NCBI RefSeq assembly: GCF_964194025.1
Contig: NC_134470.1
Location: forward strand, 21,266,001 to 21,330,000
Length of the DNA: 64,000 bases
Direction: 5' to 3'
Source: Convolutriloba macropyga
Taxonomy: Eukaryota
Part shown: positions 10,420-21,390 of the stretch, piece after piece
How positions within the stretch are numbered: the first letter of the stretch is position 1
How the letters are laid out: every line of letters starts with the position of its first letter
The notes under the pieces: model-generated
What the model was told of the DNA's origin: nothing
The model's database searches: none
Seen by the model: only the letters and a program-made list of their open reading frames with translations
Made by a program: the position numbers and the translations under genes

Positions 10420-13200
10420 TGGGGAATCACACCCCGCGTTTACAATCTAGGATTGGCACGTCAGTTTGTACATAAACAAATAAATATCCAAGTACAGGGA
10501 TTGTTTTCAGTCTAATGTCTATTAAAATAACTCCACATGTATTCAATATGTTTGTTCTTCAGATTCTTCGGGTTAGAGGAATCAGGATCTCTTTGCACGA
10601 CGTGTGTTCTGAATCCAGTCTTATACCAAAAGTTATGCCTCTGTAATTCGTATCTAGTGTCTGGAAGCACAACACGACTCCGTCTAGCGCTGTTGGTGAT
10701 GTTGAATTCTTTCGAAAAATCGACATTGTACCTTCCTTCCAAGATGTTACTGAAAAGCAGAAGGTCTTTAAGCACTTTAAAGTAGAGTGGTGGTAATAAG
10801 TTGGATTTGGCCAAAGCGTCCTTGTAGTCTAAATTTCCGCAAATCCTCTTCAGAACCTTTTTATTGAATTTTTCAATGATTTCGAAATTCGTTTTTTTAG
10901 TTCCCAGCATTCGGATAAAGATAGCATCGACATTGATATTATTGATCGCTATAGGTCGGCTTTAATCTTGGTGCAAATGATCGTACTTCTTCTCAACCGA
11001 AAGAACGATTTTCTGGCTATTTCAACTCTTTCTTCCACATGCTCGTTCCAGATTAGTGATTCATCCATGAACAAGCCAACGTCACGAACCAGGGTTTTGT
11101 GGTTTGAATTTTTTCCATCCATAATAAAACAAAAATCTTCTAGGGTGTTCTTATTTCTACTGTACTGAAATTCGCTAATAGAACTTTTTTTTCAAATTGA
11201 ATAGTAGATGGTTTTGCACACTCCAGCTATGAAGGGCTTGTAAGTCGGTTTGCTGTTTTTCTAAGGTTACTTGTTCAGGTCTGCCATTGTAAAGCGGTTT
11301 TAAATCATCAGCAAATAGTAAGGCTAACGTTGAGGAGATCGTTTATGTACATCAGAAAAAGAAATGGTCCCAATACCGATCCCTGTGGTACTCCAGATGT
11401 TACAATTCGCTCAATTGATAACTGGTCACCTATTCGCACGTTCGGTGTTCTTCCTAATAATTAGTCTTGTATCAATTTAATTAAGCCTTGAAGATTGGAA
11501 TTTGAAGTAACTTTTTCATTAGGATACTTTGTCATAGTTTGTCAAACGCTTTGGAAAAGCCAAATAAAATAAATAAATTAACAGATCCTCTCGAGTTCAG
11601 GTGTGAGTAAATATGAGATAAACTGTATAGTAATTGTAGTACAAAAGAAAGTCTTGGCCTAAAACCAAATTGGAAATTGATTATACCATCAGCAAACGCA
11701 ATGTAAATTGGTGCAAAGGTAAGTTTTTCAAATGATTTTGCGACAGTGTTTAATAGAGTAACTGGCCTATAGTTCGAAACTTTTCTTTTGTCACCATCTT
11801 TGTATATCGAACTGACAATACCAGTCTTCCAAGCAGACGGATATTTGCGCAATCGCTTGATATTACAGAACGAGTTTTTAGGGGACGTAGCTATTGATCC
11901 CCGCATCTTTTAAACAATATGGGTGGTATCGAATCTTGACATCTGCTCTTCGAGATGTTAAGTGACTTAAACTCTGTTTTGATTAAATCTTCCGTAATTG
12001 AGTTGTCATTTCCCCCAAAATTATGCTGTTCGCTTGGTTCGAAGTATTGATTACCGTCATCTGCAGTACGCAACATTCTTTCATCAATAGATTTCTGCAC
12101 TGTGTTTTCAAGCTTATTCTCATTCAGTTGTCGATCAGTTAACTGCTTTTGTATGCAGGCTAGTTTACAGCAGATTTCATTTATATCATCGTGTCCATCT
12201 CTGAGAAGTTTTTTACCACTCTCTTTGCAGTCTTTACAGAGCAAAATAAGCCCTGAAGTTCTTTGCAGACATCTAAGGACACTTGTAGCAATGCTGGAAC
12301 AATCACAGGCGTCTTACCAGCAACCACATTTAAAACACCAAACCGATCTATCTTTGCATTCAAGATTACAGGTACCACATGGGTACTTCGTTGATTGAGT
12401 TTTACCTTTATCTCCCAATTTTAAAGAGTTCAAGAGTACAAGCCCCTTCCTACCAGTTAAGGTTGCGAAGGCACTCCAACAAAAACAAACAACACAATCA
12501 AACAATCAAAATTTACCTATTGAGATGTTTCGCTCTTTCTCTCTGCTTCTTTGATGGCTTGTTTTTCTTTGGCTTGCACCGTTTCGACCTCTTCTTCTTG
12601 TCACTCTTGTAAAGGCTTTTCAAGTTCCTTCTGTGCCGCCAAATAGTTGAGAACAATCGGGCTTCAAGTTCAGTGGACGGGTGAGTTTGTTTTAGGTCGT
12701 CTAAAACTTTGAAATCTTTACTCTTGCGATGGGATAGAAGGTTTGATTTAACGTCTAATATGTTAATTTTGCTCTCCAATAATTTGCGAAAAATGCGAGG
12801 GGCTCCTTCACGTCTACAATACACAACGGCTTCGATTCGATGACTGAATTCACGCAGTATTTCGAGTAACTTTTCAACACTTATGGCCCTGTAGTTGTTG
12901 CTTTTATGTTTGTTTATCGAATTACTGATAGCGTCGTGCCAAATTATAACTGTTTTCTGGCAAATATACCCTGTCCTCTCAGTAGAGTTTGTAACACCTT
13001 CAATGGGTTGTTAGCGTTCTCGTTGAAGCTGAGCCCTCCAAGACTGTAACTTCTGCCAACTAATTCACTTCTGAGTTTGTAGGGTATCCTTTTGATTGTA
13101 GCATGCAGCGAGCTTGCACCAATTATGTAAACCATAAATGCCCGCCTCTAAAATCCTTTTCACGAAAAGGGCTCTCAATAATCCGGTCTATATAATAATG
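10420..13200 (-). mobile_element. Degenerate LINE (CR1/L2-like): SGNH-like ORF, PHD finger plus coiled coil, RT; no APE endonuclease visible
   Basis: 13135-12513: VYIIGASSL..SLGGLS..WHDAISNS (SGNH-like). 12390-12225: CGTC..VWCFKC..CDC..LLCKDC (PHD-like). 12000-10460: [57 protein letters not shown]. Confidence 0.88.
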
Positions 13201-13402
13201 AAATAGGAATGACTCGGGGCGCAGAACTATCAGGTGAACTGAAAGTGAAGTTGGATTTTTTAGAAATCAGTTCATATGTACAACAATTCTATGAATGTTT
13301 TTTCTAACAATAAGAGTCAACATTTAAAATTAACCAGTATCCTGAAGGCTTAATAATTGCTGAATATTTTGAGTGTAAATTTTAGAAAGTAAATGTCACG
13401 CA

Positions 13403-14998
13403 ATGGACAGTTTGCTTGCTTTACAGACAGAAGTCCTCCGAAAGACGCGAGAGGGAGAGCAATCACAGCAGGATAAATCACGAAGTGATCATTTGCAGTT
13501 TAAAAACCAAAGCAAAAGTCCTGTTCTATCAAATCTTAATGTGAAGCAAAGAGTTGACAATGAGGACGAGTCTGACCTAGCAAACTCTAAAGCAATGTTG
13601 GAAGCGAAAAGCAGCTTCTATGATAAGATGCAAAACTCAAAAGGCATTGGCAGCGATGGTTCGAAAAGATATTTGGTCGACTTTGAGAGCAAAATACTTG
13701 AAGACCCATCAAAAGTTGAATCTTTGAGAAAGGAAGGGTCCTCAATCACGTTTGATGAAGCCGAAGAAATATTTGCCCCAGTTCATTACCAGCATATGCG
13801 CGAAAATGAAGCACGCGAACTAGGTGTCGGATACTTTGATTTTTCGTTGGATGAAGAGACAAGACAAAGTCAACTTGGAATGTTGAAAGATTTGCATAAA
13901 GAGACCAAAGCAAAACAGAACCAAAAAGACCACCAAGAGAAACAGCGACAAGCAGCTCTTCAGGAGAGACTGAATAAGATTAGAGCGAAACGTAATTTAC
14001 CGCTGGTTAAATCTGACGTGGACTGTGACGAGAAATTGCCACTGGATAAGGATGAAACGATGGAACGGGAGATCAACAATGAAATTGAGCAGAATCGATT
14101 AGAGAACAAGTCGAATGCACTTAGCGATAAGAGAGAATGGGATAGTAGGAAACGGACACTTGTCGAAGTCGTGGATGAAAAACTCAAGAAGTTACGAGAC
14201 AACAGGGATCCAGATTTTGCCCCTCCCTCTTTTTACGAAGATGCAAATGAATCATCATCACCTAAGAAGTCCTGTAATTCTATAAGGAATGTTCCCGGAA
14301 CCGGTGCTTTCGTATCTTCAACTGGAAATGCAATGAAGGCGTTGGAATCAATGTATGACAACGGACCCAAAAATATGAAATCTGGGCTTGGACTGTCTAG
14401 AGATGGAGACATTGCTGGTCTTGTGATTGGCGACTCAATTCAAAAGCGAGTAATTGCGGAAAACATCAGTGATTATGTATTTGTTAGAGGTTTTGGTGGT
14501 GCAAAAGCTAAAGATCTCAGCGAACGTTTATCTTACTCCCCTTCCAGACAGATAAAGCATGTGATTTTGAGCATAGGTTTAAACGATGCCTTAGCCTGCA
14601 GTCAAGACGATCTTGAGTTTCGCGTTCATTTCAAAAAGTGTATCGATTTAGTTCATCAAAAATTTTGTCCTCAGGTATTGCAAATTGGAACTTTAACTCC
14701 TACAAGAGGCGATTCCAATCATGTCAATGTGTACGTTGAGCGAATCAATAACCTCATTAAAGCACTTTTCAATGAGTTTGTGTATGACGGGACAAGTATT
14801 CAACTGTTGGACGTGAACGCTGCGTTTCAAATGGCGATAGCTCCTATTTGCCCTGACGGAGTGCACCCATCGACGGAAGGTGTTATGGTTTTAGTGCAAT
14901 GTTACCGACAGCAATTTGAGGCATCGGGGATTGAGATCAATTGGGATCAGGAAGTGACTGTTAGAGCACCTCCCGAAAAAGAGCGGAAAAAGTTTTAA
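13403..14998 (+). CDS. CCDC174: CCDC174-like protein fused to a C-terminal SGNH/GDSL hydrolase domain (531 aa). Possible short upstream exon 13209-13233 spliced to 13386.
   Basis: CCDC174 signatures: SLLALQTEVLRK, SKAMLEAKSSFYDKM, YLVDF, PVHYQHMRENEARELGVGYFDF, KREWD, RDPDFAPPSFY. Then VIGDS / RGFGGA / SIGLND / DGVHP. Uninterrupted ORF. Confidence 0.88.
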   Translation: MDSLLALQTEVLRKTREGEQSQQDKSRSDHLQFKNQSKSPVLSNLNVKQRVDNEDESDLANSKAMLEAKSSFYDKMQNSKGIGSDGSKRYLVDFESKILEDPSKVESLRKEGSSITFDEAEEIFAPVHYQHMRENEARELGVGYFDFSLDEETRQSQLGMLKDLHKETKAKQNQKDHQEKQRQAALQERLNKIRAKRNLPLVKSDVDCDEKLPLDKDETMEREINNEIEQNRLENKSNALSDKREWDSRKRTLVEVVDEKLKKLRDNRDPDFAPPSFYEDANESSSPKKSCNSIRNVPGTGAFVSSTGNAMKALESMYDNGPKNMKSGLGLSRDGDIAGLVIGDSIQKRVIAENISDYVFVRGFGGAKAKDLSERLSYSPSRQIKHVILSIGLNDALACSQDDLEFRVHFKKCIDLVHQKFCPQVLQIGTLTPTRGDSNHVNVYVERINNLIKALFNEFVYDGTSIQLLDVNAAFQMAIAPICPDGVHPSTEGVMVLVQCYRQQFEASGIEINWDQEVTVRAPPEKERKKF

Positions 14999-15253
14999 TA
15001 AATTGCGTGTTGTAGATATTAGACAAAAATATTCCGGGATTCATGTTTTTAGTTGCAAGCCCAAATGGGAGCGGTGTTGAAAATTTAATTTAATTCATAA
15101 AACGCGATTTATCAAAAAAGGCATTGTATTCGTTTTTTCTGCTATAGAATAAATTAATTTTACGTAACTATAATCAATTTAATGGTTTCCTGAATCATGT
15201 TTGATGTTTGCAATGTTTTCTCAGATAATCTGAATAGCGATTTTCAGAAATTG

Positions 15254-16723
15254 ATGTTTTCTTTCGGAGCTAAATCAGCAGCCTCTACAACTCCTAATAC
15301 AGGTGGCCTCTTTGGAACTCTCGCTAAACCTCAGACTTCAGCTACCACTGGGTTCAGCTTCAACCCTACAACCTCTACCTCGTCTCAAACTGGAACAGGT
15401 TTGAGTTTCAATTTTGGACCCACAGCCACTACTTCGGCTTCTGGAGGCCTTTTTTTGACACAACCTGCAACGTCTTCTTCCGGAACTGGGCTGTTTGGAA
15501 CCCTCAACCCAGCCAAATCATCAGCGCCGTCTCTTTTTGGTGGATTCTCAGCCACAACAAGTACTGCAGGAACCGGTGGACTATTTGGAGCAAAGCCAGC
15601 AGGATCTGGGACGTTATTTGGTCCAACGCCAGCTAGTCAAACCACAAGCGCTCCTCAATTTAAAGGACTAGGAGGAACTGATTCGGTATCCACCACAGCC
15701 GGCCAAAATGCTCAAAACGCAGGCAGTGCAAGCCAACAACCGAAGTTAGCGAAGGAGTCGAATGTTCCTCCCGAGTTATTACAGCACGTTGATGCTCTGA
15801 AGAAACACATTGTTGAAGAGAAAAAGTACAGAGATGAAATCAGCAAAAACTCGACCGCTAAGCCGCTTTTTGAAATTCAAAGTGAAGTTTCGAATCTCCG
15901 AAATGAAACCGTAATGGCATTCAGTTTGGTTCAGAAATCATTGAATCATGCTAAGAGTATTAAAGAAGAGTTTAATCGAGAACTTAAAAATTTCGAAATG
16001 ATATCTCGGGTTAGAGATACCCCAATTGCCTTGCAAGACGCTTATCACAACCCAATTGTCTATTTTCAAGAAAAAACTAATTTCTTTCTGCAGCAAATGG
16101 TTAATTTATCTGACCAGTTGCAGTTAGTTGAAAGATTTTTCGCCGAAAGGCATGGAACGGTTACAACGGAGGATTTTGTAGCCGGCTTGCAGCAAATTAA
16201 CGATGTTTTTGTCGGCTTAGTCGGAAAGTATCAAATGTTGCAAGAACGTATGGAGCAATTAAAGGCCGAATATCTTCACTATAAAAAAACAACCCAGCAA
16301 GATTCAACAGACGTGTTCAAAAAACTGCAGAAAGACTCCTTAAATCTGAATCTGGCCTCGTTGTCACCGAGTAAATACCCTGATGTTAAAAGTATGGAAA
16401 AACGAGTGGAATTCCGTGATATCAGCAATACGAACTCGGCTGTAACTTGCACAATTGGGCCGAATTGTTTCACTGTTTCATCAACGACTGATTCAAATGC
16501 CGTAATTGGAAAAGCTGGACTTTTTGCGGGAGCAGGAAATACTACTGGTTCAGGTCTTTCATCATCAGGATTTGGCACTTCGTTATTTGGAACCCCTAAT
16601 CAATCGACGTTAGGAGGAGGATTGTTTGGAACCCAATCATCAGGACTTGGAGTTACCTTTGGAGGAACTAGTCCGGCAACGCCTGCGTCTAAGCCAGGAA
16701 CTAAACGGAATAAAAGCAAATAA
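15254..16723 (+). CDS. NUP58: FG-nucleoporin Nup58/p45 (central channel); likely start MFSFGAK at 15254
   Basis: N- and C-terminal FG/GLFG-like Thr/Ser-rich repeats flank a central coiled coil. The motifs KGLGG.D, KESNVPPELLQHVDALKKHI and DSTDVF match Nup58. TTTTCAG acceptor-like site at 15241-15247. Confidence 0.88.
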   Translation: MFSFGAKSAASTTPNTGGLFGTLAKPQTSATTGFSFNPTTSTSSQTGTGLSFNFGPTATTSASGGLFLTQPATSSSGTGLFGTLNPAKSSAPSLFGGFSATTSTAGTGGLFGAKPAGSGTLFGPTPASQTTSAPQFKGLGGTDSVSTTAGQNAQNAGSASQQPKLAKESNVPPELLQHVDALKKHIVEEKKYRDEISKNSTAKPLFEIQSEVSNLRNETVMAFSLVQKSLNHAKSIKEEFNRELKNFEMISRVRDTPIALQDAYHNPIVYFQEKTNFFLQQMVNLSDQLQLVERFFAERHGTVTTEDFVAGLQQINDVFVGLVGKYQMLQERMEQLKAEYLHYKKTTQQDSTDVFKKLQKDSLNLNLASLSPSKYPDVKSMEKRVEFRDISNTNSAVTCTIGPNCFTVSSTTDSNAVIGKAGLFAGAGNTTGSGLSSSGFGTSLFGTPNQSTLGGGLFGTQSSGLGVTFGGTSPATPASKPGTKRNKSK

Positions 16724-17251
16724 ATTTGTGTGTATGGATTCTTTTGTATTAGGTTTGAATTGATGTTTTGTTTTCATGAAACAATTATTACTCTTAAACG
16801 AAGTTTGTAATATCTATTGGTTTGTTTTCGTTTAATTGATCTGCAATTAGGGACAATTTAAGACATGCCATACACAAGACAGTTCAATGACCACCGTATT
16901 TTAATTGGCCGAAGAGTTTTGCTCCCTTGCGCTTTAATATGGCCCTATCAAGTATCATTAACGTACATAATTTGTGCAAACCTCTCAGTATGATTCAACA
17001 AAAGTAGCAGAGTAGTTTTCCTTAAAAATCAGATGACTATACTTTCCTCTCTGAAAGAATTTGGATTATTTCTGGATAATGTTTTAAAAATAAAATCCGT
17101 TTAGAGTTGGCAGAGTTTCGTGTTGCATTCGAGCCCGTTTGTTCCGGTAGTTTTCAATGTATATCTTTAAAGTCAGTGTGCTATAGATTGTACTTGACAA
17201 TTTCAGATTTGTGTGTTGAGTATACAGCAACAGCTACCAACATCCGCCAAT

Positions 17252-18486
17252 ATGTCTGAGTTAGAGTCAATGGTACAGGTGGAGAAATCCTTCCAGAAGC
17301 AGCACTCATACACTGTCTCTAAGGAGATGGTCATCAAGGGCATCCACAGGAGGAAGAGGTGGCACAAGGCCATTGGACTCGGATTCAAGACTCCCAAGGA
17401 AGCCATTAGGCATGTACTCTCGTTTAAATTCACTGTCCAGTACGGAGAGATGACACGAAATTCAAAATTATTGACGACCTTGCTCCTACATCAAAATCTA
17501 TTCGTGCTCTTAATGATTGAACGAACACTGTTGAAATGACTTACCAAGTCTTTGTCAGTTTTTGTTGTTTTCAAGTGAAACAAAGTTGATTGCTATAGGT
17601 CATATTGCTAATTAGTCACCGAACCCCGAGCCCTTAAGAACAGAGAAATCAAATTTTTGAAAGTTCTGGCAGATTTTCGAGGCGTTGCATATGATCTCTA
17701 TTTGAAGCACCATAAATAGTTCTTGCAATATATACACAGTCAAAGACCGCATCTATTAAATTTGGTGTCCACGTGGTTTTTACTAGGTGATATTTAAGGC
17801 TGCATTAGCATTGGAGTGCTATATTTGTTTACCACCTTTTGCATGCTGAAAGATCATGCATATAGTTAGGCGATGAAAGTGTGTGTGAATGTGTTTGTTT
17901 TGTAGGGGACAATACATTGACAAGAAGTGTCCCTTTACTGGACAAGTGAGCATCAGAGGCAGGATCCTCAAGGGTGAAGTGAAAAAGATGAAGATGCACA
18001 GGACCATCGTCATCAGAAGGGACTACCTCCACTGGGTCAGTAAGAAATAGTGATCCTATCTACCCTTTCACCTCAGTCATCTCAAAATTGGTCATCCTGT
18101 TGCTTCTGTTTTAACAAAGTTGCTTCTGTTTTTCTGTGGTCGCTAATGTCATTTTTTGGAATCCTGAAAAACTGAATGGAATGTCTCATTTCGTGCGCTT
18201 CGTGTCTAAGAAAGAATTGTCCAAGTGATACAGAAATTGATGCCAGTTCGCAGCTTATTGAAAAATGCCTTCTATAAAGATCCGTGTTTAGGTGCGAAAG
18301 TACAAGCGATACGAGCGAAGACACAAAAACATGTCAGTTCATTGCTCGCCCTGTTTCCGAGATGTTGAGATTGGCGATATAGTGACTGTGGGTGAATGTC
18401 GACCCCTCTCCAAAACTGTTAGATTCAATGTGATCAAAGTGACGAAGCCAGGAGGCAGTGGAAAGAAAGTGTTCTCCAAGTTCTAA
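17252..18486 (+). CDS. RPS11: 40S ribosomal protein S11 (uS17); exons 17252-17409, 17906-18035, 18292-18486 (483 nt, 160 aa)
   Basis: [107 protein letters not shown]. Splice phases are consistent. Confidence 0.97.
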
Positions 18487-18760
18487 AGCACCCTATTGAA
18501 GTTCTTCACTGAATTTTGCTAATGAATTTGTTGAGAATTCAAGTTTGAGAACAATGCTTTTTCAACTTTCGAGCTCGATGCGTACTTTTTGATCGAGCTT
18601 ATTAAAAGCAAGCTAGGGAATAAATGGTTGCGTTTACATTTTGTCATTCACTCCCTGCCATAATAATTTTTTTTAAAACCTTAAGCAACCTCAGTGTCAT
18701 GCCATTTGAAGGCACTAATTTGTGCGAATAATTTGAATTGTTTTGATAATGTATTATATG

Positions 18761-19440
18761 AACAAATATTTTATCATGTTTAATAGTCGCCCTCATCTTC
18801 TCAGCCGGCTATTGTAGTGGTACTATTTTTTCTCACAATTAATAATTTGAAATATTTTTGGGCGCTTTTTATTGCGACTCGTAGAGGAGTATTGGTGGAG
18901 CGTCTTGATAATTTATGGAGTTTATTAAAAATGGTATGTGAAAGTCAATTCGGCACGTTGGAAATAATTATTTTGGTCAAATTTTTGAACGATTTCAAGA
19001 GCAGAGATAAGAGAAAGTACATGCCTGACCATACCGCATTTTTGAGAGAGTGTGAATATTAATTGGTGACAAAATTTTCGCTGAGCGAGCATAATCCTCC
19101 CAGCTAACAAATATTTTATCATGTTTAATAGCCGCCCTCATCTTCTCAGCCGGCTATTGTAGTGGTACTATTTTTTCTCACAATTAATAATTTGAAATGT
19201 TTTTGGGCGCTTTTTATCGCGACTCGTAGAGGAGTACTGGCGGGGAGCCTCTTGATAATTTATAGAGTTTATTAAAAATGGGATGTGAAAGTCAATGCGG
19301 CACGTGGAAACTAATTGTTTTCGTCAAGCGTTTGAATGATTTCAAGAGCAGAGATAAGAGAAAGCAATTTTCTGACAAAACCGCATTTTCGAGAGAGTGT
19401 GAAATAGTAATTGGTGAAAAAAATTTCGCTAAGCGAGCAA
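18761..19440 (+). repeat. Two-copy tandem duplication, period 345 bp, each copy beginning with a family-B-like hairpin end
   Basis: AACAAATATTTTATCATGTTTAATAG(T/C)CGCCCTCATCTTCTCAGCCGGCTATT starts at 18761 and at 19106. Confidence 0.9.
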
Positions 19441-21390
19441 ACTGTTGTGATCATGAGTGACTTTTTTGAAGCAGTTTTTTAGTTTTAAATTTACTTTTTC
19501 GATTAAAGTAGTCTTGCTAAACCATATCAATAAGTAGCTGTACGTCTATGGATTTTTTTTCTGACCATCTCAATCATAGACTTTTAGATGCAATCTTGAG
19601 CTGTTTTTTATTTCCCCGTTTTAGACACATGGTGTTTCGTATTCTTTTTCAAGGTAAAACTGTCTTGGGTTACTTTTCTGGTTCAAATTTAGTTTTATTT
19701 TAGTTTTGGCGACCTTTTAATACCTATTGATATCTTTTTAAGTTTGTTTTAGCCGTCGAAGATTGTCTAAGCGCAGTCAATTTTTTGCTTCTTTTGAAGT
19801 ATTTTGTCACCTGTCTTTTTGGTTTTCCGAATAGTTGTCTATTATCTTCTATTTTTATTAGAGTTTTCTCAGGGTTTTTTTAACTAAGTGAAACAATTAA
19901 AGATTGAATAGGCTAGATATAAAATAAATGAACCAATGCTGCTGTTTATAGTTTATGGTGCTTTTCTTTTGTATTTACGTGTAATATTTAAGTGTTTTTT
20001 GTTTGCATTTACATGTAGTGTGGGCGTTCAAGGATTAAACAGAAACTAGTTTCTATTGTGTGTTGAGAACCCTTCAATTTTTAGAGAATGTCTTCTTTAA
20101 TTTTTTAACCTTTTCCTCGTTTTTCTTAGATTTTTTATCGTTTGTTTTCTACCATAAGGTAGTCATTCGTTAAGCAATGGTTTTAGGGTAGTAACTTGTC
20201 AAAAGTTTCCAAAAAAATGTCATCACATTTCGCTTTTATATTCTAATTGGTTCCCCCGTTTGTTGTCTCAAATTGAATGCTCTATTGATGTAAATAGTTT
20301 TAATAGTTAATTTAGTGGGTGGTTAGGGCATAAGTTAAGTTTTGCTCCGAATTTTTTATTCCTGCGATGTTTCATGAATTTTGAAGTCAAATTAGAGAAG
20401 TAATTTTGGTGGCGCTGAAACAGGAAGTAGCGAAAAATCGACTGGTTTTGTGATGTGATTTTTAAAACTCTAGTTTTAAGCAGGAGTGAGAAAACGGCGT
20501 TTTAACCAATTTTGCTTTCTCGGTTGATTTTTGCACATGTGCAGAAATCTTACTTTCTTTTTCGAGTTTTTCTCTGAATGGTTTTCTATGTCTAATCCAA
20601 TTCTGTTTAGTCAATGAAAGTTTGTTGAAATGGATTTCAAGACTTGGCCTGCTGTTTTTACAATCCAAAGATTTAGATTGTATTGATGAGCTCTTTTTAA
20701 GATCGGTTCACGCTTTTTTGACTTTTTAATAGCAATGGGAGGTCAAATTAGAGCGGTGATTTTATTCACACTGGAGTAGTCAAAGGAACAAAATGGCCAT
20801 TAGGCACGAGGAGTGATTTACTTAAACTACCTTGAATGTGGAGTGAGAAAGTTTTCCATTTTTGAAGATTTTTGTTCCATCGTGGCAATTCGACTTCTGT
20901 TTTAAGCGCTTTTCTCTTGATTATGATTAAAAAGTTATACATGGGTTATAATTGCTTCTATTTACAAACGCTTGAATCCCTGATTTTGCAGCTAATGCTT
21001 TAACGGCTTTGAAAATATTTATTGTCGTAAAATTTAAGTGCATTTGATGTTTTCACGTATCTTCTGTTCTTTTGTCTTATCACTTACTCTGATTAATGAA
21101 AGAAAAATGATTTTTCAAACTAAATGATTTAGTAGCTAAATGATTTTTTAAACTTTAAAACGCATTTATTTAAAAAAAAGTATTAGCGATTTTTCTGAAC
21201 TTGCCTGTTGGTGTGCACAATTTCTTATCTTATCAATGAGTCATTTGGAGTAGGTGTCATCTGTTGCTATTGCACCTAATTAATGGTTTAAATTTTTAGC
21301 TAGCGCCTTTTATAGCCTTAACACTATTTCAAAAATTATATGCGAATGTTTGAGTTTTGCCTGTATTTGTTGTTGCTTTTGTTGTCTTTT

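Noticed and set aside
15197-15253. Upstream ATG extension of Nup58 in the ORF track
   Set aside because: The segment resembles intron/outron sequence ending in TTTTCAG; MFSFG at 15254 is the more typical start.
17410-18291. Intronic snoRNA in RPS11 introns
   Set aside because: No convincing box C (RTGATGA)/box D pair or two-hairpin H/ACA fold by eye; would need Infernal/snoscan.
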